Shown piece by piece: positions 1 to 11,318 of a stretch of 32,000 bases of DNA. Both the position numbers and the translations under genes were made by a program. The notes below the pieces were generated by a model. The model searched no databases. It was not told the DNA's origin and saw nothing but the letters and a program-made list of their open reading frames with translations. Each line of letters opens with the position of its first letter. The stretch's first letter is position 1. The stretch comes from Wallemia ichthyophaga EXF-994 (lineage: Eukaryota > Fungi > Basidiomycota): NCBI RefSeq assembly GCF_000400465.1, contig NW_008806280.1, positions 300,001 through 332,000 on the forward strand. Reading direction: 5' to 3'.

Positions 1-3000
1 AACCAGCTCAAGGAACTCGTTCCTGTGGGTTCTATTGGATTGGAAACTGGTATGACTAAGGGTAACCCAGTCAATGAATACCTTAGACGCAACGGCGAGG
101 TCATTAATGGCAGAACACTATTCGAAAATGATGGCTACTCAATCACTAAGTCTGCAAACCCATCATTGTACGTCTCGCCATTCTCCAACGAGTCATACTC
201 GAAAATCTCTGGTGATTACAATCCAATCCACATCAACCCGTACTTCGCGGATCTCGGCAACTTGCCTGGAACCATCGCTCATGGTATGTACGGCTCAGCA
301 GCCACTCGTAAGTACGTCGAGACAGTTGCTGCCGACAATGTTCCATCGCGTGTGCTGTCTTACCAAGTCACTTTTGTCGGCATGGTTCTTCCTGGAGACA
401 CCTTAGAAGTGAAACTCCGTCACATCGGTATGGATGCCGGTTCGAAACTTATTTCCGTCGAAACTTTCAACCAAGATGGTGAGAAGGTGATAAGTGGACA
501 AGCGCTTGTTGCACAACCTACAACGACATATGTCTTCACCGGTCAGGGTTCACAGGAACAGGGTATGGGTATGGCACTCTATGAGTCCTCAGCCGCTGCT
601 CGCAACGTGTGGGACGCAGCTGATGACCACTTGGGTGAGGTGTACGGTTTCTCCATTATCGACATTGTCAAGAACAACCCTAAGGCGAAAACGATCCACT
701 TTGGTGGATTGAAGGGACAAGCCATCCGTCAACGCTACATGGATCTTCGTTACGATACTACTGATAAGGATGGTAATGTGAAAACACTCCCACTCTTCCC
801 AGACATCACCGTTCGCACCAGTGACTACACTTTCCAAGCACCAAATGGTTTGTTATTTGCCACTCAATTCGCTCAAATCGCTTTGGTCGTCACTGAGAAG
901 GCAGCATTTGAAGATATGCGTTCTAAGGGATTGATTCAAGCCAACTGTGCATTTGCTGGTCACTCTCTTGGTGAATATGCTTCTTTGGCTTCGATAGCAG
1001 ACGTCTTGCCAATCTCTTCGCTTACTGATGTCGTTTTCTACCGTGGTCTGACCATGCAACGTGCTGTCGAACGCGATGCTCATGGTCGTTCGCAATTTAG
1101 GATGATGGCTGTTAATCCATCTCGTATTGGCAAGACCTTTGATGAGACTATCTTGAGGGAGATCGTTGACTCCGTTTCTAGACGCACGCAGTTGCTCCTT
1201 CAGATCGTCAACTACAATGTTGATGGTCAACAATACGTTTGTGCTGGTCATCTCCAAGCTCTCGAGACTTTGACCAACACTCTCAACTTCATGAAGGTTA
1301 ACAAGGTGAGCAGTTTGCTTTTTGTTTTACCTTACTAACATGGTACAGATCGACATCGCATCTCTTCTCAAGCAGCTCTCAGTTGAGCAAGTCAAGGCGC
1401 ACTTGGACGAAATTATTGACGAATGCTTCGGTAAATCCAAGGCTAAGGCTGAGTCTGAAGGCGGCTTCCTCACACTCGAGCGTGGATTCGCCACCATACC
1501 ACTCCCTGGTATCGATGTTCCGTTCCACTCCCGCTACTTGTGGGCAGGTGTTATGCCTTTCCGTACATACTTGTCGAAGAAGATCGACGCCAAAGGTGAG
1601 TTTTGTCTTGGGCTGCGCAATCGTCTTCTGACTACTAGCAGATCTCAACCCTGACATGCTCATTGGCAAGTACATTCCAAACTTGGTTGCCAAGCCTTTC
1701 GAGATCTCTAAGCCATACATTGAGATGATCCACAACCAGACCAGCTCCCCACGTCTTGAGAAGGTTCTCAGCGGCTGGGATGCAGATAAGTGGGCAGCTA
1801 CCGAAAACAGACAAGTGTTGGCCTACACTGTTCTTGTTGAGTTGTTGGCCTATCAATTCGCCTCTCCAGTCAGATGGATTGAGACTCAAGACCTCTTCTT
1901 CACTCACTACAACTTCGAGCGTTTAGTTGAGGTCGGTCCATCACCTACTCTTTCCGGTATGGCCAACCGCACTCAAAGACTCAAGTATGAGAGTCTCGAC
2001 ACTGCACAAGCCATTCAGCGCGCAATCTTCTGTCACGCCAAGAATCAAAAGGAGATTTACTACGAGATGGAGGATGAAGAAGAGGAAGCGCCTGCTGCTG
2101 CTCCTGCTGAGGAGTCTGCTCCTGCTCAAGCTGCTCCTTCTGCGCCTGCTGCTGCTCCTGCCGCAGCAGCTCCAGCTCCAGCTGCTGGCGGTGGTGCACC
2201 TGCGGAAATTCCTGACGAACCTCTCAAGGCCACCGACATACTGCGTATCATCATCGCCCAGAAGCTCAAGAAGACTGTCGGTGAAATCACACTCAGCAAG
2301 TCTATTAAGGACCTGGTCGGCGGTAAATCAACTCTCCAAAATGAAATTCTTGGTGACCTTCAAACTGAGTTTGGTAATGCTCCAGAGAAGGGTGAAGAAC
2401 TCCCATTGGACGAGCTGGGAAGCGCCCTCAACGTTGGTTACTCAGGCTCACTTGGAAAGTTCACCACCGGTTTAGTATCGCGTATGGTCGGCAGCAAGAT
2501 GCCCGGTGGATTCAACCTCTCGTCTGTCAAGACTCACTTGTCGAAGAGTTGGGGTCTTGGTCCACAACGTCAAGAGGCTGTACTCTTATTTGGTATTACC
2601 ATGGAGCCTGCCAAACGTCTTGGCTCAGAGCCTGAAGCCAAGCAGTGGGCTGACTCTGTCGCGCAAGCGTACGCCAGTCAAGCTGGAATCACCCTCTCTA
2701 CTGCAAGTGCTGGTGGTGGTGGCGGTGGCGCAACTGCTGGTGTCACTATCTCAAGCGAGGAGCTTGACAAGTTCCGTGCCGAGCAAAACGACTTCGCTGC
2801 CCACCAGATCGATGCTTACATGCGCTACCTCAACCGCGATCCACGTGCAGGTCATCGCCTTCATGAACAAGAGAAGCAGAATGGCACAGAGTTGCAAGAC
2901 CGCCTTGACGCTATCTCAAGAGAGCATGGCGATGCTTACATAAACGGCGTCATGCCTTCCTTCGAGCCACTCAAAGCTCGTACTTTCGATTCGTCTTGGA

Positions 3001-6000
3001 ATTGGGCTCGTCAGGATGCTCTGGCGATGTTCTACGATATCATCTTTGGTCGTCTTACCGCTGTTGATCGCGATAGTGAGTTTTGCGCTGAGGTTATCCT
3101 TCTCACTAACCTGTCCTTTCAGTCACTTCTCGCTGTCTCAACATTATCTCTCGCGCGGACCCTACTCTCGTCGATTACATGAGCTACTACCTCAACAACG
3201 TCAACATCGAGCTCGGTCCAACGTACAAGCTTGCCAAAGAGCTCGGTAACCAGCTCCTAGAGAACTGTCGTGAGGCTGTGCAACTGGGCGAGGGTCCAAA
3301 GTACAAAGATGTAACATTCCCTACCGCCCCTCACACTGAGATTTCTGGAAGTGGTGACATCAAGTACTCTGAGATCAACAGAGAGGATGTGCGTAAGCTT
3401 GAGCACTACGTCAAGGAGATGGCTGCCGGTGGCAAGATTTCAACACAAAACATTAACCTCGACAAGGTTCAAACAGATGTTGAGAAGCTGTACGAGCTTG
3501 TCAAGTCTCAGCCACAGATCTCTGAAGCTCACAAGACATCCATCAAGTCACTTTACGATGAGGTTCTTCGCTCTCTTGGTCGCCCAGAGAAGCACACGGC
3601 TGTGCCACGCACTCGTCGTTCTTCTTCTCAATTCTTGCGTCCGGACGTTTCTGAGAACGCTACTGTTAACGACGACAAGATTCCGTTCCTTCACCTTAAG
3701 CGTAAGGTTGGAACGAACTGGTCTTACAGTACCAAGTTGACTGAGATCTGTAAGTGTACTGTAGCGTCTTACGCCTTTCTAACGTATTTTAGATCTCGAC
3801 ATCCTCACTGAAATCGCTACCTCTGGCACTACATTCAAGGATAAGAACGCTCTTCTCACTGGTGTCAGTAAAGGATCTATCGGTGTCGAGATTGTCAAGG
3901 GATTGATTGCCGGTGGTGCACGTGTTGTCATTACCACATCCCGTTACAGCCGCGCCACCGTTGAGTACTACCAAGCAGTCTACCACGAATGCGGTTCGCG
4001 TGGCTCTTCTCTTACGGTTGTTCCATTCAACCAAGGCTCCAAGCAAGATGTGGAGCAGCTTGTTGAGTACATTTACTCAACTCTTGGTATGGATCTCGAC
4101 TACGTTCTTCCATTCGCTGCTCTTCCAGAGAACGGTCGTGAGATTGACGGTCTCGATGAGAAGTCTGAACTTGCCCACAGGATCATGTTGGTCAACGTTC
4201 TTCGCCTGCTTGGTGCTGTGAAGGCTAAGAAGGCTGCTCGTAACTTTGTCACCCGTCCAACTCAAGTCGTTCTTCCACTCTCACCAAACCACGGTCTTTT
4301 CGGTAACGATGGTCTCTACTCGGAGTCAAAGATCTCCCTTGAGACACTCTTCAACCGCTGGAGCTCAGAGAGCTGGGGTGAATACCTCTGTCTCGCCGGT
4401 GCTGTTATTGGTTGGACTCGTGGTACTGGATTGATGAGTGCCACCAACATTGTCGCTGAGGGCGTAGAAAAGCATGGTGTCCGCACTTTCTCATCAAAGG
4501 AAATGGCCTTCAACATTCTTGGATTGATGCACCCTCTTCTCTTCGACATCACCCAAGTCGAGCCAATCTGGGCCGATCTCAACGGTGGTATGGACAGATT
4601 ACCAGACCTTGCACAGATTTCATCCAAGCTGCGTACCGATCTTCAAGCTGATGCGGCTCGTCGTCGCGCAATCTCTGCTGACAACGCAGCTGACTTTGCT
4701 ACCGTTAACGGCGTCGAAGCTGAGGGTCTTTACAAAGAAGTCAAGGTCGCACCACGTGCTAACTTTAAGTATGGGTTCCCAGATATCGCCAAGCCAAAGG
4801 CTTTGGGTGATCTCAGCAAGCTTGAAGGTATGATGGACCTTGATAAGGTGGTCGTTGTTACTGGTTTCGCTGAAGTTAGTCCATGGGGTTCAGCTCGTAC
4901 ACGTTGGGAGATGGAAGCTCGTGGTGAGTTTACCATCGAAGGATGTATCGAAATGGCCTGGATGATGGGCTTCATCAAGCACTTTGACGGTCGTCTCAAG
5001 TCCGGTCAACTACACGTCGGTTGGGTTGACAGCAAATCTGAAGATCCAGTCGATGACAAGGATGTTAAGCCAAGATACGAGAAGTCAATTCTTGAACACT
5101 CTGGTATTCGTTTGATTGGTAGGCTTTGATTGTCGTGATTGAATTTAACTAACGTTAAACAGAACCAGAACTCTTTAGAGGATACGATCCAAAGAAGAAG
5201 GGCTTTAACCAGGAGATTGAGTTGAACCACGATTTGGAAGCTATCGAGGTGTCTGACGCTGACGCTGAACAATTCAAACGTGAACACGGCGATAAGGTTG
5301 ATATCTGGCAATCAGAGTCAGGTGAATGGGCAGCGAAGCTCAAGCGTGGTGCACGTGTTCTCGTACCAAAGTCATTCCGCTTTAACCGTCTTGTCGCTGG
5401 TCAACTTCCTTCTGGATGGGATGCCGGTCGTTACGGTATTCCAGGTGATATTGCAGCTCAAACGGATCGTACTGCACTTTGGTCACTGGCGTCAGTATCA
5501 GAAGCGCTGATTAATTCTGGTATCACTGATCCATACGAACTGTACAAGCACGTTCATCCATCTGAGGTTGGTACGTCGCTCGGATCTGGTATGGGTGGTA
5601 TGGAATCGCTCTCGGCTATGTTCAAGGACCGTCGCGAGGAGAAGGACGTACAGATGGACATCCTTCAAGAAACTTTCATCAACACTGTCGCAGGATGGGT
5701 TAACCTCTTATTGTTGTCTTCGTCAGGTCCAATTAAGATTCCAGTTGGTGCTTGTGCAACCGCGCTTCAGTCTATTGAGATTGCATGCGACACTATTATC
5801 TCTGGTAAAGCCAAGGTTATGGTGTCTGGTGGATTTGACGATTTCTCTGAGGAGGGATCATATGAGTTTGCCAACATGAAGGCAACCTCAAACACAGACG
5901 CGGAATTTGCTAATGGACGTGAGCCAAATGAGATGTCAAGACCAACTACAACAAGTCGTGCCGGATTCATGGAGGCTCAAGGTACAGGTGTACAGGTGCT

Positions 6001-7578
6001 TATGTCAGCGTCAACTGCTATTGAGATAGGAGCACCTATTCGTGGTATTGTTGGATTCACATCGACATCAACTGATAAGGCTGGTCGCTCAATTCCAGCA
6101 CCGGGCAAGGGTGTTCTGAGTGTTGGTAGGGAGTTGCACACGGAGACACCAATCCCAACACTTGATCTCAACTACCGCTCGAGACAGATGGCATTCCGTC
6201 GCAAGCAGATTTCAGAATGGCTTGATAACGAGCTGGAGATAATGTCAGAAGAGTTAGCTGCTGTAGAGAAGAATGGCGAAAAGGTAGATGAAGCAACGAT
6301 GCAAACCAAGGTGTCGTTCTTAGAAGAGGAGGCAGAGCGTCAAGAAAAGCAGGCATTGGGATCGTTCGGTATGCTTGAGGGATCAGATTCGCGTATTGCA
6401 CCACTTCGTCGTGCACTTGCAGTGTGGGGATTGAAGGTTGATGATATCGGATTCTGTTCATTCCACGGTACGTCAACAAAGGCGAACGACAAGAACGAGT
6501 CGGAGACGTATAACGCCTTATTTGAGCATCTCGGCAGGAGTGAAGGCAATGCCTGTCCGGTGATTGCTCAGAAGTGGCTCACCGGTCATCCTAAGGGAGG
6601 TGCAGCAGCGTGGATGTTTAATGGAGCGATGCAAGCAATCAACGATGCGATTATCCCCGGTAATCGAAACGCTGATAACATTTCAGCTGAGCTGCAAGCA
6701 TACAAATATCTCGTGTATCTGTCCAAGTCGATCAAGGTGGATGCGATCAAGTGTGGTATTCTGACATCGTTTGGTGGGTTCATTTGGAGTATTTGATGTG
6801 TTGCTTTGTTGCTAACGTGCTGTGTTCAGGTTTCGGTCAAGTCGGTGGATCATGTTTGATCATTCACCCAGCATACCTCTACGCATCACTGGGTGATGAC
6901 GCACTGGCTGCCTATGGCAAGGTCAGAGCGGAACGTGAGCGTGATAGTTACAAGAAGATGAATGCGCATATGATCCACAACAACCTTGTGGAAATTAAAG
7001 AGACGCCGCCATTCACGCAAGAGAATGAGATGCCCGTTCTACTCAATCCACTCGCACGTACTTCAGGTGACAAGCCGGGTAGTTATTCGTGGGTGATGTT
7101 TTAGGGTGGTGTGTGGTCTACTAACAAAAATTGAAGGTTCCCAAAGAAATTGAATGAAAAGATTGCATTCAAGAAGGGTAATGCAGGTGTGGCTAGTGAG
7201 ATGTTGAAAGGAGTTGATGGAGTGCAAGGGGTGGGTACTGACGCGGTGCTCATCTCTGCTGTGCCTACAAGTGAGACATTCATTGAGCGCAACTTCACCA
7301 ACGCGGAAAAGAGTTACTGCGAAAAACAACCCGACCCGAAGGCTTCGTTCGCCGCTAGATGGGCTGCTAAGGAAGCAGTGTTCAAAGCTCTCAACACTAA
7401 GGGTAAAGGCGCAGCGGCGGGTATGAAGGAAATCGAAGTCGTCGCTGGAGATGTCGGACCAGCCGTTGTATTGCATGGAGATGCTCTCGCGGCTGCCCAT
7501 CAACGTAGAGTTAAGGAATTCAAATTGTCTCTGTCACATTCAGAGGATGTTGCAATTGCAGTTGCTTTTGCGCAGTAG
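1..7578 (+). CDS. FAS: Fungal type I fatty acid synthase, fused beta/alpha chain, 5'-partial (DH/MaoC-MPT-ACP-KR-KS-PPT); 2416 aa visible
   Basis: Exons <1-1305, 1349-1595, 1642-3075, 3123-3749, 3793-5118, 5163-6773, 6830-7088, 7137-7578; seven GT-AG introns of 43-56 nt keep the frame. Motifs: [12 protein letters not shown] (MaoC DH), FTGQGSQ and GHSLGEY (MPT), [25 protein letters not shown] (ACP Ser), TGVSKGSIG and YSESK (KR), GACAT, FHGTST and TGHPKG (KS), [11 protein letters not shown] (PPT). Confidence 0.97.
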
Positions 7579-7706
7579 GTGGATTAAAAAGGTAGTTCCA
7601 CTGTTTTAGATAGTTTTTTTGGGTTATTTATTTTCATATTTTTTTCACATAATTTTCATTGTTAATGCCTTTACAATTAATTATCTAAGTACAATTGGGT
7701 ATAAAT

Positions 7707-8321
7707 CTAACGAAGCTTGATATCGTCGCCAGCAACGAAAGAGGATCTGTTGTGTTGAGTGTAGGAGAGAATTTTGGATCTTCTGTCGATGAAGCGCTGA
7801 GCAGCAGAGTCGTCTTGGGTGGTGGCTAAAGGAGCGTTCTCGTCGATGACAGGGGAAGGAGAAAGAGGTCTAACAGAGGTAGGAAGACCAGTGAGGGTGA
7901 AGTTGTTGGAAGAAGGCAGGTTAAGTGGGTAGAAGGAAGGAGGTCTGGGGGAAGAGGGCAAGCCGCGTAGTTTCGAGGAGTGGGTGGTTGGGTGAGTGTG
8001 CTTAGGGTTGCAGATTTCAATCCAGCTTGAACGGATATTGTGGGGGTTATTGTTGTTGGCTGATTTAGGGATATTGGATAATGGACGCATATTAAGTGTC
8101 TCAGAGTGATCAGTGTGGGTAACTTGTATCCCGCTATCCATCCACCCATCGTCATCATCGTTTACAACAATTTCATCGTCCTCAGAAGGTGCAACGATGA
8201 TAGACGCTGGTTGCAGTGGAGGAGCGTCGTATTTGAATAGATATAGAGTGACTAGGATTATAATAAGTGCACCGACTATTGTAAGGACTGTGGTTAAAAT
8301 TATATTCAATTGACTAGCCAT
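7707..8321 (-). CDS. Hypothetical protein, 204 aa; N-terminal transmembrane/signal anchor followed by a Pro/Ser/Asn-rich low-complexity tail
   Basis: Intronless ORF. First ATG at 8321 (the track's 8354 start is TTG). Hydrophobic run IILTTVLTIVGALIIILVTLYLF. No family recognised. Confidence 0.6.
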   Translation of the reverse strand: MASQLNIILTTVLTIVGALIIILVTLYLFKYDAPPLQPASIIVAPSEDDEIVVNDDDDGWMDSGIQVTHTDHSETLNMRPLSNIPKSANNNNPHNIRSSWIEICNPKHTHPTTHSSKLRGLPSSPRPPSFYPLNLPSSNNFTLTGLPTSVRPLSPSPVIDENAPLATTQDDSAAQRFIDRRSKILSYTQHNRSSFVAGDDIKLR

Positions 8322-8338
8322 GCTTGTTAATAACAACG

Positions 8339-9483
8339 ATGACTTCAAATTCAATAGACCAGCGTCGTATTGTTAGGTTGGATAAAGAGAGAACTCATAA
8401 TGTGAATTATCATTCAAATTTACAAGCCTCGTCTTCTAATAAGCACTTTAGATCCACTCAACTGACTTCCCTGGCAATTATCCAGGCGAGAACTTGGAAT
8501 GGAATTTGGATTCCTTTAAACAGGCTTGTTCTATTGATATCAACTCTGTCACAAACGAAGACTGCGAATTCGATCTCATCGGCGTCGATCCTTCCATCGC
8601 GAATGCCCTACGAAGAGTCATGATAGCAGAGGTTCCTGCCATAGCCGTTGAGAATGTATTCGTATTCAACAACACTTCTGTTATGCACGACGAGGTTATG
8701 GCTCACAGACTAGGTCTCGTCCCCATCCTCTTCGACGCCAACAGACTCGAGCATTTCGAGAAGGGCGACAACCCCAATGACCAGAATACGATTGTGTTTA
8801 CGCTGCAGGTGGAGTGCAAGCGCAAGTCCAACGTTGCTCCCGGTGAGACGAACCCCGACAAGCTCTACGAGAATCACAAGGTGTACGCGCGACACTTCAG
8901 TTGGGTGCCCCAGGGTGCGCAGGAGTCTGATCCTATCTTCACCCAGAACCCACCACGCGTTGCTTATCCGGATATTCTCATCACAAAGTTGAGACCGGGG
9001 CAGGCATTGGATCTGGAGTTGCATTGCGTTAAGGGCGTAGGACAGGATCATGCGAAATTCTCGCCAGCTGCTACGGCTACATATAGATTGCTGCCGACAG
9101 TGAAATTGCACAAGCCAATCAAGTCAGAACACGCTGAGCTGTTCAGAAGCTGTTTCGCAGATGGCGTGGTGGATGTAAGAGAGGATGAGAACGGTAACAA
9201 ACAGCCTTACTACGTCAATCCTCGTAAGGATACGGTGTCGAGGGAGGTACTCCGTCACGCAGAATTTGATGGTATTGTCGAGCTGGGCAGAATTAGAGAT
9301 CACTTTATCTTCAACGTCGAAACTACTGGATCAGTGCAGCCCGTTGATATGCTCCCGAGATCGTGTGCAGTGATGAAAAACAAGATAGCGGCTATTAGAG
9401 ACGGCTTGAATGTCATTGTCCATGGCAAGCAGGATGAGGAGGAGGAGGGGCAGGAAGGGCAGGATGAAGACATGCAGGAATAG
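8339..9483 (+). CDS. RPC40: DNA-directed RNA polymerase I/III shared subunit AC40 (RPAC1), 364 aa
   Basis: Exons 8339-8401 and 8452-9483 (50-nt intron GTGAAT...CTAAT...TTTAG). Spliced N-terminus MTSNSIDQRRIV...STDFPGNYPGE; Rpb3/AC40 motifs FDLIGVDPSIANALRRVMIAEVP, DEVMAHRLGLVP, KLRPGQ, GQDHAKFSP, DHFIFNVETTG. Confidence 0.95.
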
Positions 9484-9545
9484 ACTGGACTTGATTAGGC
9501 TTTCTATGATTTTCAAAAATACTCAATTCCTTCTTCCCTTGTACC

Positions 9546-11183
9546 ATGAATATTTATACTAATCTAAGGGGATGGTGTGGTGGGATTAGTCGAGGCTATA
9601 AAACTAATAGTGGATTTGGATTCAAGTGTGGGTCGATGGATGCACTGCGCACACACCTAACAGCCGGATACAGCCAATGAGCCGACAGTGCGTACGAGCA
9701 AGCACCAGACCAAGGAAGCGTTATTTAATATGGGCGGTGGAAGACGTAGGAGCAACAAGAACAACGAGGAAGCCACAGACGCCACGCAGAAATTACCGTC
9801 ATTCAACAAGAACTATGTCCAGTTTACAGACGCTGTTAAGCACTTCTCCACGGTGGACGTTGTAGACGGGCTGATGGAGCGTGTACGTGGAGAGATTGGG
9901 GGGAAGACGCTGCCCACGTCGATACAGTCACTGGCCATGATGACTTTGTTGGGCGATGCACACGGCAAACAGGGCAAACAGGGAAAGCAAACACTTCTCG
10001 CTGCTGAAACGGGCAGTGGGAAGACTTATGCGTTTCTTATACCGATGATTGACGCGCTTAAGAGGAGTGAAGTGGGTGCTGCACCAGCACACAAGGCGAT
10101 CCGCAAACCACGCGCACTTATTATGGCACCCACACGCGAGTTGTGTAGACAGCTCACCGGACAAGTAAAGGCGCTCACACATATATGCAAGCTGAAGAGC
10201 ACGTATGTATGGAGTGCGGGGGAGTATCAGGATGAGAATAAAGACAAGCTGGAGAAATGTAACGATGATGTCCTGATTGGTAGCCCCGAGCAGCTCAACA
10301 AGCTCCATGAAAAAGGGGTTTCCTTCGATGGCGTTGAGTGGGTCGTGCTTGACGAAGCTGATGCGCTATTCGACGATGATTTCGTAGATTCGACTGAGAA
10401 ATTGGTTCGAATGGTAGAAAAGGCACGTGTAGATGGCAATTTAAGTGATAATAGAAGTGGCAACCTCAATCTCAATTTGGTCATGAGCACTGCCACGGTA
10501 AATGAGAAATTCTCTTCATACCTCCACACACACTATCCACGGATCAATAGACTTGTGAGCCCCAAAACACACACGCTGCCACGCGCACTCAAGCTCAGTT
10601 ACGCACCGTACCACTCGGGCAACAAGCTGGCTGATTTGCGTGGAGTGGTTAATGATTTGATTAGTGGGTCTGGCAAATCCAGCAACTCAAGTAAACAAGC
10701 TAAAACACTCGTCTTTGTTAATACAAACGAGCGCGCGGAGAAAGTTGCCAAGTATTTCAACGAAAAAGGTACACCGGCTGTAAGTATGACGAGTGCATCG
10801 CAAGGCAGATCGCGCGTGTCGAACAGACCAATCCGACCTTTTTTGCGAGGAGGTGTTGACATTAGTAGTAGTAGTGGTGGCAGCAATGGTAGCGGTGATA
10901 ATAGCAACAATATTTCTCCTGCCTCCGCTAACACCCTCGTCACAACCTCCCTTTTAGCGCGTGGATTGGATTTCGGGACACACGTCCAGAATGTCGTCAT
11001 CGCAGAGGAATCGGGTAGTGCTGTTGACTTTATACATGTGAGTTGGAGTGAGAGTTAGCACACACCAGCTGACACACTTATTCAAAGCGCGCTGGAAGGA
11101 CCGGCAGAGCAGGTGCGCAAGGACACGTCACGGTGATGGTGCCTTTGAAGAAATATCAACATCTGAGTAGAAGGGGACGCTAG
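9546..11183 (+). CDS. DEAD-box RNA helicase, probably mitochondrial MRH4-like, about 513 aa
   Basis: Exons 9546-9627 (inferred), 9674-11037, 11088-11183. Q motif PTSIQ, motif I AETGSGKT, Ia PTREL, II DEAD, V ARGLDF. Splicing of 11038-11087 restores motif VI HRAGRTGRAG. The inferred first exon is basic and lacks acidic residues, consistent with a presequence. Confidence 0.85.
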
Positions 11184-11318
11184 AGCGGGAATTTGGATGT
11201 ATTTGATTTATTTATTTATTACTTGCGTTTAAACATGACGTATGCCAACTCCACCAGGTTAAATATCGGAGTCGGATGACTTCCGCTGGTTTGAACACAG
11301 ACCACCAAGAAGAAAAGA

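Noticed and set aside
2080-2200. GCT/CCT-rich quasi-repeat
   Set aside because: Encodes the expected Ala/Pro-rich flexible linker before the FAS ACP.
3823-3885. KR motif TGVSKGSIG (Ser where yeast has Gly); also ValRS DARCKHL and last-HAMP GDVTRF
   Set aside because: Ser is common at this position in SDR motifs. The others are single-base changes at moderately conserved sites and cannot be told from polymorphism or sequencing error.
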